A stretch of 64,000 nt of DNA. Source: Botryllus schlosseri (Eukaryota). A program made the translations under genes and the position numbers. Positions 26,531 to 38,897 of this stretch are shown here, piece after piece. Numbering within the stretch: the stretch's first letter is position 1; the number at the start of each line of letters is the position of its first letter. The notes beneath the pieces were generated by a model. The model saw only the letters and a list, made by a program, of their open reading frames with translations, ran no database searches and was not told where the DNA came from. The stretch spans positions 3,908,001 through 3,972,000 of the forward strand of contig CM119373.1 in assembly GCA_051294905.1 (NCBI GenBank). Direction: 5' to 3'.

Positions 26531-29500
26531 AGTATCTTCGTCTTTTTTAGTATAACAATTTTCGATTAGTTTCAGCGAATGAAATTTATTTTACAAAAAA
26601 AGTTTGAATGGAGCTCCAAAAGGTTGAAAAGCACCGCCTATCGAATTCGCAACTGACGGTGTATAGTACACTGCTTCCCAAGCGGTCGGTCGCAGCCAAT
26701 CAGTGGATCGCGAAGCTTCAGGTAAGTCACGAAGAATCTTCCATTCCATTTGTCAAATATGCTAAACCTGCGTTCTCGCGGCATTTCAGAAGAACGGACT
26801 TCGAGACCCAATCTCCCCGCGTACGCCACTGCACGCGAAGTGCTATCACAGAGGTCATGTTTCAATGAAATATACTAATTGCATGCAACCAACTATGGTC
26901 GAGACGGTGTGTCATCGGGAATCGCAGGTATGAGTTGCAGTGTGTCTTGAACTCCAGGGAATCCCTAAAACAGGCTAATTTAGAAAACTACTGGGGTTCC
27001 CTGGAACCCCGTTTAAGAACCACCAATATAGTGACTACAGCAGTTACGCAATTGGGTGAATATATAGATAACGCAGTGGTTCGATTATTGTATCGCTCCC
27101 CACAGCTGCAAACGCCAATAGGTTGCGAGCTCGAGCCCGAGAGAGGTCGACCACAGAATATCTACTCAGGTGCCACGGGTTTATCCTATTATGTGGTGTC
27201 AGACCGCAGGTGTGCCGTGCGGTAAGTTAGCAGATCATGAGAAACGTCGGCATGCTGTAAATGACCATATAGTATAGTCCAAACACCATCAATAGAGGCC
27301 TACCACAATCAATAACAACCATATTATGTAATTTGTCTGTACAATGCTGCACGGAGCTAGGTATGGATAATATTGGACGGCGCGGCGTGCGGGGTTATGG
27401 TTATATACTCTTGTGAACGTTCGATAGCTCATACAAATCATAAGTAGGAATCTTCTCGTCCAATATCAATATCGTTAGATCATGTCGCATAATATTGTAA
27501 TTGGTCCTGTATACGTAATCCATATTCTTCGAATCGCGTAACCGATCCATTCACTTTTGTAGCATCAAAATATGATGTAAACCTATCGAATCTATTTTTC
27601 ATCTCCTTTGCTGTGACCATTTAGTTTATTTGTGTGGCGGATCGTCACAAAATCAGGTGTAAAGGGTAATGGTGCAGGAAGTAGATTTCGTAAAATTACC
27701 GTCACAGATAGAATCGCCAATGTAAGTGCATCGGTTACGTTCGGCAATCAGCAAATCAATCGCCTCGTGATTGAAGTTCAACCTGACAACGGATCAGCAG
27801 TGCCCTGCGTATAAGGGAAGGTGTGAAGTGAGGCTCACGTTCGCGTTCTGTGTGTGAACCTCAGAAATTCAGAGGTTCACGTTCACAAACAAACTTTGGT
27901 AGGTTCTGCACTGTGAACCTTTTTTCATAAATAACAATTTTCAGGTCATTATCGCATATTTGGTCGAAATTATTTGCATTTCAACATCGGACCAGTCTAT
28001 GCATGGTGTCAACCTTAATCAACCTTAAACTAGCATGCACCTTGCTTAACTGAAAAATTTTACTTGCTTTGTTACAAGTTTGGTCGAAATAGTCAGCTTT
28101 CCGTTTGTATATAATTAGTGATTCTCTGCTGTGAGCTTGACCCGCAATCACACAATATCGGGAAGGAAATATGTAGGCAGTCAGCAGATTATGCATATTC
28201 TACCAATCAATGAAATTCATATAAATAATACATTGTTGTCGAATGTAAAAAATCTAGCAGGCGTAGCATTTAATATGTTTGTGCGTGGCGAGATAGCGTA
28301 GTGGTCGGCTAAATTGTTGGGAAAGCATTTGATTGTTTCACTTTGTACATTTGGTGACGTTTAAAATCTCAGCATATATATACTTCGGAATTGTGGCATG
28401 ATGTGGTCCGAGTCGTCACTAGGTATCGTGTACCTGTACTGTACAATGTACAATTGTACATAAATGGTGTTATGCTTTGGTCTGCGGGATAAAGTTTGGT
28501 TTCATGGAATGCTACAAATATGCTTGTTTGGGGCCATGGGAATTATATAGCTACACCGTCACATGTTCACCACCCTATTAAAGCTGAATTCCACTGAGAA
28601 CGTTTCACGTATACTTGGGCGCTGTTAGTGGTGAAATATTCACAGTGTGGAACCCAGGACAATATTATCTTGTACGAGATCGAAATTCATACGACTGGAG
28701 ATGAGATTTGAAAAGATGGGCCTCGTAACAGCGAATCCTTCCTATAAGCTTTTGGTACGACCGACATGCAGCCATGAGAGAAATAGCGCAAGGTACATGG
28801 GCACTGCCCACGTATAAAGATTAACAATAGGTCATTCCAGCAGGCAATCTCGAAAACCTAGATCATTGTAGTTGTATAACAAACTAATTTGAACGGAACG
28901 ACGATAATCTAATTCTAATCTAATTTTGAAAATGTTTCCATGGTAAATTTTTAATTCTAATCAAGTTTTACTGAAAATGCGACTGAATCTTGCTATTTGA
29001 GCCAAGATTGCTCTACCAGCATTTTCCTTTCTCGTGCCTATGACAATGAACTCTGATTTGAATGAACTTAACTTTTTCTTGTATTCCTTTGTAATTCGGA
29101 ATGGAATTCAATTTTAAAGATATTAAAAATTGAGCAATTCTAGTTCTAATATAATAAGTTCATATCATTTCAGTTCTAATCCCAATTTGGAAAGCTGGAG
29201 ATTTTCTGTATGTCCAACTCTGCCGGTATAGCGAACGCGGTATTTATTTGAAACTACTTATAATATCAACTTATCGCCTTTGAATTTAATGGCAAGCTTA
29301 TGACTTACTGATGCGAGGTACCATATGCATTGGCCTGACCCACAACGAGAAAGTAGCGATAAGGATTGAAATTAATTGAGTCTGACTTCTGAATCAGACA
29401 ATGGAGATGAAATTTGAAAGTAATCCGTCGTATTTGTCTTATGCGCCCCTGAATAGTGAGCGCGCTCAGACATCATCGAAATCTGATAAGACTCGCAGAC

Positions 29501-29789
29501 ACACCAGCACAGACGTCCTGTAATGTTGGGACTTTGATAACAATACCGCAATAATCCTCTTCAATATCGTAACCTGTCTACTATAAATCAGCATGGGGCT
29601 TGTTGAGCAATGATTAAAATGCCATCTTCAGATAAACAAAGGGACTGCCGTGTCCCATTGTAATTACCGTTTGATAATGTTAGAGAAATTTATTAAACTA
29701 AACGATTTGAGTGGACTTGTCGCTGAAGAACTCAGACAAATCTGTAGAGTGTGCAGTAACCCATAGTTAGTTTGGTGCTTAGAAGTATG

Positions 29790-30048
29790 AGAGAGAGAGA
29801 TATGATATTCTTTCTCGCCTGCACCATCGAGATGCTTTGGCGACGGAGTTGCGATACGGCCCCATGAGGTCATCTAGTCCACGCCCCCGTTCTTTTTCTC
29901 CTCCATGCTATCCGTGATTGCTGAGCGCCTAGCAGGATAGCTGCGGATACCATTTTTCGAGTCTTTGGTATGACCCGGCCGGGGATCGAACCAACGACCT
30001 ACCGCTCGAGAAGCCGGACGCATAACCATTACACTATCTCGCTCGGGC
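29790..30048 (-). mobile_element. tRNA-derived SINE with a conserved central domain (Meta-type-like)
   Basis: A-box TAGTGTAATGG and B-box GGTTCGATCCC, then GGTCATACCAAAGACTCGAAAAATGGTA..CCTGCTAGGCGCTCAGCA, and a (TC)n tail. A degenerate relative lies at ~1250-1340. Confidence 0.75.
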
Positions 30049-30423
30049 ATACTACGCATAGTGTGGAGCTTTGAACTGAGTTGAATTATTATGAAATACG
30101 CTTTGAATATTGTGCAAATATGCGTTCGTGCGGTTCGTGAAGCTGTGTTACCAAGTTGACTCGCCCTGACGAGAACATGGAGTCGAATCGCGTATAGCCC
30201 GAATAGTTGGACGTCTGATCATTGAAATAATATTATGCGGATACTGATGCAACGGTGATTCAATTGAATTAGATCGAGGTTGAAAATCTGCTCAACTTCC
30301 GATTGGCAACAACCTGAAGCTATGCGAATTATTGTCAACATCGCGCATGTATAGGGTTTTATGATTGAGACTTAAACGAGAATGGTATTTATTATTCAAC
30401 CAGTCGCCACCAGGTTGCAATTC

Positions 30424-31019
30424 CAGGGTTGTAACCAAGTCACAATGCTCCGAGTCACAAGTCAATCTCACTTTTATAGATTTGACTCGAGTCAAGTCGA
30501 GTCATTTTCAATTCGCCACCGAAACAAGTCCGAGTCCAAGTCATCGAGCAGAGGTTCGAGTCCGAGTCATGGTATTATGACTCCAGTCCAAGTCCAAGTC
30601 ATTGTGTTGACTGCTCAGTTTCCAGTTAAAGTCTTGTTAAACATACTGTTATAACTCTGTTTTGTGATATCGAATGGTTCGCATTTATAATATACTGATT
30701 TTTCTCACTTTTAATAGTTTCTGATCGCAATTTCAAGTACCAGTACCAATAGACGAAATCCCAATAGGGTGGTTACTTTACTATTCTTCGAAATTGCAAT
30801 GAAATGTCGGTCTTAGCCGTCTGAGTCTCGAGTCATATGACTTGGTTCGAGTCATGCGCAATGACTCGAGTCCAAGTCGAGTCAATACACATATTGACTC
30901 GAGTCGAGTCGAGTCATTTCCGTATTTTGAGAAAATGACTCGAGTCAAGTCGAGTCATCAGAAAATTGTGACTCGAGTCTGACTCGAGTCGAGTCATGAC
31001 TCGAGTCATTACAACCCTG
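30424..31019. mobile_element. hAT-type MITE (CAGGGTTGTAA family)
   Basis: TIR CAGGGTTGTAA / TTACAACCCTG, TSD TGCAATTC / TGGAATTC, GACTCGAGTC arrays. Relatives at ~3262-3532, ~7820-8000, 36489-38512 and ~56900-58561. Confidence 0.85.
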
Positions 31020-31611
31020 TGGAATTCTCAAATCCTGTTCAATTTCGGACAGCATAGACTGGATTGTCGACATGAGGATGCTGTAAAATCGAGAATATAT
31101 CGTCACATCAGCGAGTCATGCGCCACGCAAAGCCAAACGTTATTGGCATCAACTTTTCGGAGCCGAACTCTCCCTGAACTTCGAGGTATGACGTCAATAT
31201 CTAATAGGCCAAACGTCCTTTATGTGGTCACCATTAGTTTTCGATCACGGTTTAAAAGATGAGCTGAGACTTCAAATCACAGTTATTTGATGACTTCCTA
31301 AGACTATAGCTCAGCAACTAGAATTTTGTATCGCAATTCGAAATCTGCAGGATTTCCCGGGATTAGCGAATTAGTAAAAGGCACACACAAGCTACACAAG
31401 CAACATTTATTCCATCTAATATTGACGCAATAACATGCTCGCGTGAATACGAATCAAACCCAGCGATCAAAAGCCGCTCAGATAATGAGCGTTTAAATTC
31501 GTGTACCGTCTGTTTCGTATAGAAGTTGATTCGATCTCATCTTCATTTTTGGCAGATCTTCCTTTGACATGTCCGATTGAGTCATGTGTACTATTACTAT
31601 TATGTGTATAT

Positions 31612-33032
31612 TAGGGTTGCCATACGTCCGGAATTTCCCGGGCATGTCCGGAATTTCACTGAAAAATTTGCGTCCGGGAGGAATTTCTAAAATATGCCTA
31701 AATGTCCGGAATTTTGAAGGCTTGAAGCAGGCTCAAAAGTTTTTCGTAAATCAACATAAACAATATTATTTTCAAGCAGATTTATGCTATTCAAAATTGT
31801 TCTTCACGCCGCGCGCGAGTTTGCAACGTATAAGGATATTATTATGGGCTTCAGGCACCACCCTCGCAAAAAAATGCAATCAAAATAAATATAAATAACC
31901 ATTATTTACTGAAATAAGTCTGATTGTAATCGCAATTATAAGCTAACGGTATATTCCTAGAGTTGGTTAAGGCTGATTGGATGCTTCAATCACATACAGT
32001 GGCTCCAAATCTTGGGGTCGTCCGCCTTTATCTGGAGATCGCGATGATGTTGAACGTAATCAGCTTCCTATGCCGTGTGCAAGTTTGGGCAAGCTGAATT
32101 TTTTTTAGTAATCTGCTTATCAAGTTTTGAGCTTTGCCACGGAACATTTTCTAGTGGGAAATGAGGTCGCGAGCATAAAAGGTTGGAAATCACCGGATTT
32201 GCAACCTGCTAGTGCAGTGGTTCTCAACCTTTTTTTGACGCGCCCCCCTTTTTAATAGTGAAAAATTTCGCGCCCCCCTTATCTTCATATCACAAAATCC
32301 AACTGGGATGCTAGCAACCCCAACAGATTGTTTGGTGGTATGGTCGCGGTCGGTTATGAATGTTGATGAGAGAATAAAAAATATGAAATTGCGTCTATAT
32401 AGAGAAACACGCCTGCATTGGAGGCAAATCGCGCAAAGCCCCCTTCAGATGTTTCACGCCCCCCAAGGGGGGCGCGCCCCCAGGTTGAGAACCCCTGTGC
32501 TTGTGCATTTTATAGTAGGCTAATATATCGAAGAATCAATATTATTGACAGAATTCATACATAAAATATAACAGCCAAATGCATATAGTAAGTGCCCACC
32601 AAGTTACATCGACTACCCTATGGTGGGCCCAAGATCAGTGCTTTCTGGGCGGAAGGGGGGAGGGGAGAAAAAAATGTTGTTTCGGACCTGATTAAAGCAC
32701 ATAAACAGATAGCCGCACCGACCTAACTGTATAGCAGGGCTGTCAAACACAATCCTGACAGCCCAGACACGGCCCGCCAGATGATTTCATCCGGCCCGTG
32801 GAGTCATCTATTGCTAACCCTAGCAAGTAGCAATCACCAGAGCTCACATTACATATGGCCCAATTCATGACCTATGTTCCACTTCATTCCTGTATAGTGT
32901 ATACAGTCGATGGGCAATGCTTTGCTAGTGTGACGTCATATTTACGGCCAATGTGTTACACCTCATTTTAAAATCCGCTAGGGGGCGCTAAAGAATGTCC
33001 GGAATTTGCTTCACAAAAATATGGCAACCCTA
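31612..33032. mobile_element. hAT-type element (TAGGGTTGCCA) with nested MITEs
   Basis: TIR TAGGGTTGCCATA / TATGGCAACCCTA, perfect TSD GTGTATAT, TCCGGA subterminal repeats. Confidence 0.88.
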
Positions 33033-34600
33033 GTGTATATACCTTAAATGTGTTATCAGTCCCTTTTTGCTGGACCCTGAAACTTTCAAAACGTCTTGAC
33101 ACAAGATGCATTTGGCTTTTTCTGCAGATTTGCAAAACAAAAAGGTTTGCCATACATCTAATTTTTTCATCGCACTGACATCTCCGAAATTCGCCATTAT
33201 CCCGACCTGTATTTCACCACCATGGCACCATATTGTAACGCTCTGACACTGTTACGATCCGTAGACTACGACGGAAGGGATTGTGTAGTTCATTTCTACG
33301 CCCTAGTGGATTTTAATATCGCATAATTCTTAATTTTTTTAGACGATCGAGTTTGTGACACTGTTTTATTGTCGAAATAAGAGATATTGCGCTACGTAAG
33401 CCTTGGTACATGCTGTTTACGAATCCCGGGGTTTCATTGGGATTAATCCCGGGATCGGGATTTCCCGGGGTCCCAACGCTACTCGCAACCCAAGCCTCAC
33501 ACATAACAGAATGCATGTTTATGATTATTATGCTGCAATTTTACGAACATGTAGGATACGATATAGAGAACGCCCAGCCAACAGTTGTGCGCAATTCAGC
33601 TTCAGGCCCATGAAGCATTTCAGGCTCACGCGATTTCAAATTGAGGCGCGTTATTTTCCTCTATGGGTCATAATTGTTTTGAATTTGTACTACTGTCTTC
33701 TGAAATTCCAAGGATGGAACGGTGCCCAACATTTCGGCGACCGGGCATATCAATGTCCAGTCCACGGTTTTGAGCAATGAGCCACGGTCGTTTCTGACTA
33801 AAGTTTTATTGTCGCCGATCTTGTTGGCATCGCACTTTGCCCGGTTCCGGTGCGGAGGGGCTTGGTGTAGAAATAGGCTACCGGCTTCCCACATCCGCTA
33901 ATTGCACATCCCTACATTAAAGCGTCCCATGAATTAAGCCAATAGCTTATGGTTAATACAAGGGTCGACAGATTCCCATGATCAGGCAATAGTGCAGTAT
34001 TTTTAACGTTTTTCCGTGTCTCGCTGATTTGCTCTAGTGCCCAACACATTTCACTCACATAATTGCGTACGAACTATACCCGCAATGATTTCTACGTACC
34101 TAAAAATTCAACAAATATTACATAACATACACACTAAAGATCGCTGGGATGTTGTCGCGAGTCGCGACCCAAAATTATACTCTTCGCGACCCATGTATTG
34201 GTCGCGACCCTACTTTGAGAACCAATATTACGCGATTAGCATGTATGTAGCCTACGTGACCGCGTATGGTTCGAATCGAACGTTCGTAATGCCTTGTATT
34301 ATGTAGGTCATACTCAAATGTGCTCAGTAACGATATACTTCTACTATTTTAGAGTACTCAAGGTTTTTCCTACAGCCTCTTGTATTTTACCTACCTTACG
34401 TCTGCTCAATGCTAAAATCAAACATTCTCTTCCCCTTTAACGTCAATGGCCTTTTCGGCGCCGCATATTAGCCAATACTTCACCTGATATATCCCGATGC
34501 ATTGCCGCATTTTATTTTCGTGGAGGTTTGTCCCTATCGTCTTACCAAGCCAATCTATCCATTTCTCCGTTTTATTGTTTCATTGACAGTGTGTTTTACT

Positions 34601-35719
34601 GAGTGGTGCCACTCCTAGTGTTTTAACACTAGATTTAGTGTTTTTTCGGTCGTCCTAGTGTTCTAGTGTTTTTTGTCGCACAATTTTGCTAATCTAGTGT
34701 TTTTCTGCAATTGTGCGAACAAGAAATATTCTAACATTGGATTACTAAATTAAACGCTAAATTTATCGCTAATAAGGCGATTTGGTGTCCCTGGCGGTGT
34801 TTGTTTTCAAAAATTCTATGTGGTGGTTCAGTAAGAAGCAATTATTACGTAACAGGGTGCTGCGCTATGAATCCGTATTTATGAGCGAATGTCTCGGAAA
34901 AAATGAAGATACGATTTCGCTATAATGCTCTGTCGTTTCTTGTTGAACTCACTCAGCAGATTCGGGAAAGATTTGCATTTGCCGAGGACAGCATACTTTC
35001 GTACATGAGTTGTATTGAATCCGTTAACAGCCTTGTCAACACAAAGAAAAATAGAATCAATCGTTCCTCTAGCTGTGCAACCTCCCTCTATGATATTATT
35101 TGATGAGCTCAATTATGTGTCGGAAGAATGGGCTGCTTTGGCAAATTTGCAAAATGAGCTGCAAGTTATCAGTCAATGCCATCCAACATAATTTTGGCGA
35201 AAATTAAAATATGTGCACAATGGATTCGGTGAATCAAAATTCCCTTTACTGAGGAAGCTCATGCCGAATCTCTTGGCATTGCCACATTCTGCTGCATGCA
35301 TGGAAATGAAGTATGCTGCACAGCACATGGACACCTCCCCATTGTTTGGTTGAAGATGTACGGTAGTGACCAAGATGCCACACAAAAGATACTTATGTTT
35401 GGTCGATGGTGTAGGCCTACAATCAAAAGATAATTTTCATGATGCTGTGCGATTCGAAAGCGACACTATTTGATTTGTTCTTAGTCTGTTGAATTCGATT
35501 CATTACTTTTCGTTGAATAATCATGCAGCATATCATACATATGTATCGAATCCATGTGTGGAACACTTCTTATCTATGGATTTGTACCTTGGTCATCATG
35601 ATTACTTGACCATGGCAAATTTTTCCTGCAATTTACTAATCTAGTGTTTTTTTCGGCAATCTAGTGTTTTTTCACGACACAATCTTGTGTTTTTCCAGAA
35701 ACCTAGAGTGGCATCACTG
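34601..35719. mobile_element. hAT-type element with CTAGTG repeats
   Basis: Ends GAGTGGTGCCACTC / GAGTGGCATCACTG; CTAGTGTTTTT subterminal repeats; TSD not preserved. Confidence 0.6.
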
Positions 35720-35977
35720 TGCTGGTATAGGTCGATTTTGATGGTGTTTCACACCATGAAAAATCTTGAAACTTGGTATAGGCCTATGTCATGTCGTGAT
35801 GGTGGTATTTAACACTGCCCCAAGTTTCAGGGTTTCTACTTAAAGTTTAGGGTAGTAATTCCGTTTCTGATGTTGAGTGTGTGCTGATCCATCATGTATC
35901 GCAAAAAGATTTTACTGAAAAGCCGGTATTGGTATCCATTGATTTTGACGATGTTCAATACTGAGATCGGTTATGAC

Positions 35978-38897
35978 TAGGGCGGTTTTTTTTGACATGT
36001 CAAAATTTGTCAAAATTTTGTCAAAATTGTAGCGTTGGGTCAAAATTTGTCAAAAATTTTCATAAAATTAAAATAAAATTGACGTCTGCATTTTGTTTGT
36101 ATTGTAGATTTAGCACTGTCGGTGAACTTATAATTTGTTATTTTACCGCTTTTAGCCTATTTTATAGGCCTACCGTTGTAAACGGCTAATCGTCTGCTCA
36201 TTGTGAATCATAAACGCTAAAAAAAAACAAATAATAGGTAGAGATGGTGTTATGGTCAACGTACCGCAGTATTCTAACTGAAGAAAGACTTCTTGTGCAT
36301 TGCGTCATTCTTATATTAAGAAGCACACGATGAAAAATTGTGATGTAGACAACATTGTCAGAATGAAGCAACACGGTGTGTCACCAGCACCAGCAGTGTA
36401 CGCACAGCTTGAGTGTTGTCGGCCAACAACTGCTGCTGTTGAACGTCCTTGACAAGCTTCTTAGTAAGGACGTGCACTTGCTATTGCTCAGGGTTGTAAC
36501 CAAGTCACATGGTTCCGAGTCACGAGTCAATCATACTTTTGTAGTTTTGACTCGAGTCGAGTCGAGTCATTTTCAATTCATCACAGACTCGAGTCCGAGT
36601 CCAAGTCACCGTTTAAAGGGTCAAGTCCGAGTCATGGTGTTATGACTCGAGTCGAGTCCAAGTCACAGTATTGAAGTCATGTTCAACTCATGTTTTCAAT
36701 CCTGCCTGGGTGATATCGAATTCCCTGTTTGCGAAACATGCTCATTTTGTCCCTATCAGAGTCTTGGCACGTGTTTATTTAGGCAGATAACGGACAGGCC
36801 CTGGCCTCATTTACCGATGCTAAAGATAACTTTACTAATCTTAGAACTTAAAATCAAATATCTCTCTTGTCAGTCTGATATACATCACCAATACAAGCAT
36901 TCAGTTTTTATTATGAACACATCGACGATAGCTCATGAATAGCTGATAGAGAACCAACAAATTCACGTCAAGATACTAGTTGATAGAGAATCAATAGATG
37001 CATGTTTATGTAGAGGTATTTACAACAGGCCAGCATGCTGTAAAAGCGTGCATGCAACTATGTGCATTGTGCAGTGACAACAGAACAGATACCTTTTGAT
37101 TATACCAAAGGTTTTCCCAATTGCATTACAGACTACATCGCAGTTACAGCATTGGAGAAATAATTGTACAATGGAGCTGTTCAAAAACATTTTTTCAAAT
37201 TTTCCGGCTACTTCTTAAAATTGCTAGATTGCCTAAAAATCAAATTTGGCTCAATTCCAACCAGTAGAAAGCTATGAAAGAAAATTTTAGACTAATTACA
37301 AATAGAGATCTTCGAATTTTACCGGCTATCTCATGATATTGTTACATTGTGTAAAAATATGATTCATAGCGAATTTGACTCAATTCCAACTAGAAAAAGT
37401 GAAGTTATTAGAGTAGAATGTTTTGGATATGAAAAAATAGTCGGCTTACTACTATGTAATTATAATATATGAAAGAATTTCTCACTAAAATACTCCATTT
37501 ATTTTCAAATCCAAAATATTCTCCTCTCACATCATTGATTCCACTTTTTTCAAATTAAGCCAGATTCAGTGTTCCTTTTATGCAACATAACAATTTTATC
37601 ATGTAACCACCCAGTAAAACAAAAAAGAAGATATTTTAGAACAGCCATATTGTACAAACATCACACAACATTAGCCATTCGTTATTACTCACGTGTACGT
37701 ACAATGCACATACCTAAAAAAAACGTCAAATGGACGAGGGGCATTGTGTGTTTTCACATACAGCAGATCAAATCAATGAGTTACACCTCAAAAATACTAA
37801 TGTGGAAAGGAGATCCTCAAATGCGTTAAAGCGGCATGGCCGTAGAATGAATCCATACATCTACTGAATACACGTTCCACTAGTGCACTAGATGCAGGAA
37901 TTGACAAGCATTTTTGAACCACACTGAAGAGCATTGAATACTCTTTCTTTCTAGTCGCCCAAAAATGCAAAGAATCATCGCCTTCAAATCTACACATCAG
38001 CTTATCAGTCTCTTCACCATCTGAGTAATTTCATTCGCTCTAATTGAACTTTGATTCAATTGTTTGCTTGCATAATTGAAAAGTCTTGAGTAGCCTACTT
38101 TAATTGCGCAGGATCTATTACCTCTTCATCATTGGACGATTTTGTACAATGCATTGCTACTATGTATCATTTTCTGTTGTTTTTACGGCGGCATATCTGA
38201 TATCAGACAAGTGCAACGAAAGCAGTGGTGACAAATAGCGATGTCGGCAGAATTCGTCGGATGCGTTGATCTAGCCATTTTGATTCGCCAATTTCTTCAT
38301 CTTCAAGTCATATAAAATAAGCCGAGTCAATGACTTGGGTCGAGTCATGCGTAATGACTCGAGTACAAGTCGAGTCAATCCAAATATTGACTCGAGTCGA
38401 GTCGAGTCATTTTCCCATTTCAAGAAAATGACTCGAGTCAAGTCGAGTCATAAAAAAATCGTGACTCGAGTCTGACTCGAGTCGAGTCATGACTCGAGTC
38501 ATTACAACCCTGCTATTGCTACCCATGAATGTAGGAAAGCATCTCTCGTTGTACTGCGAAATATTTTAATTATTTCTACCATAATACATATTGTAACCAC
38601 TGGAATTCTTCATAGGGCCAGATTTCGTTAAAATATTGTTTTTTTTTCATGTAAAAACATGCCTGTTTCTAAGCCAAAAACGTTTTTTTCAGGCCAAACT
38701 ACTTAGTTAGGACAGTCAGTTCCAACCAGAAATGAAGATAAGTGGTGCAATTTCAACATTATGTGGGTAAACACCTAATTTGCATACGTTAGGTCAAAAT
38801 TTGGTCAAAATTCAGTTTTTTTAGGTCAAAAAAAGTCAAAATTTTGATTTTTTTAGGTCAAAATTTTATGTTTTTTAGTTAAAAAAAAACCGCCCTA
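35978..38897 (+). mobile_element. hAT-type element (TAGGGCGG) with a transposase remnant; second copy ~60220-61110
   Basis: TIR TAGGGCGGTTTTTTT / AAAAAAACCGCCCTA, perfect TSD GTTATGAC. The remnant QPTTAAVERPFSILGKLLSKDRHF is clearest at 60526-60804. Confidence 0.85.
36489..38512 (-). mobile_element. hAT element (CAGGGTTGTAA) with a hATC dimerisation-domain remnant
   Basis: Perfect TSD CTATTGCT. 37797-37997 reads DDSLHFWATRKKEYSMLFSVVQKCLSIPASSALVERVFS. Confidence 0.88.

Noticed and set aside
29960..30048. tRNA gene
   Set aside because: A and B boxes are present, but they continue into a SINE body and tail with no proper acceptor stem. The same applies at ~44140 and ~50424.
30820..31010. CRISPR-like repeat array (GACTCGAGTC; also the AATCC and GGCTCC arrays)
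   Set aside because: The spacing is irregular and short, there are no unique spacers or cas genes, the context is eukaryotic, and the arrays lie inside TIR/TSD-bounded MITEs.
28646..33900. Possible plus-strand exons at ~28646-28792, ~31053-31185 and ~33713-33900
   Set aside because: The splice-like boundaries and short open frames could not be joined in phase into a recognisable protein.
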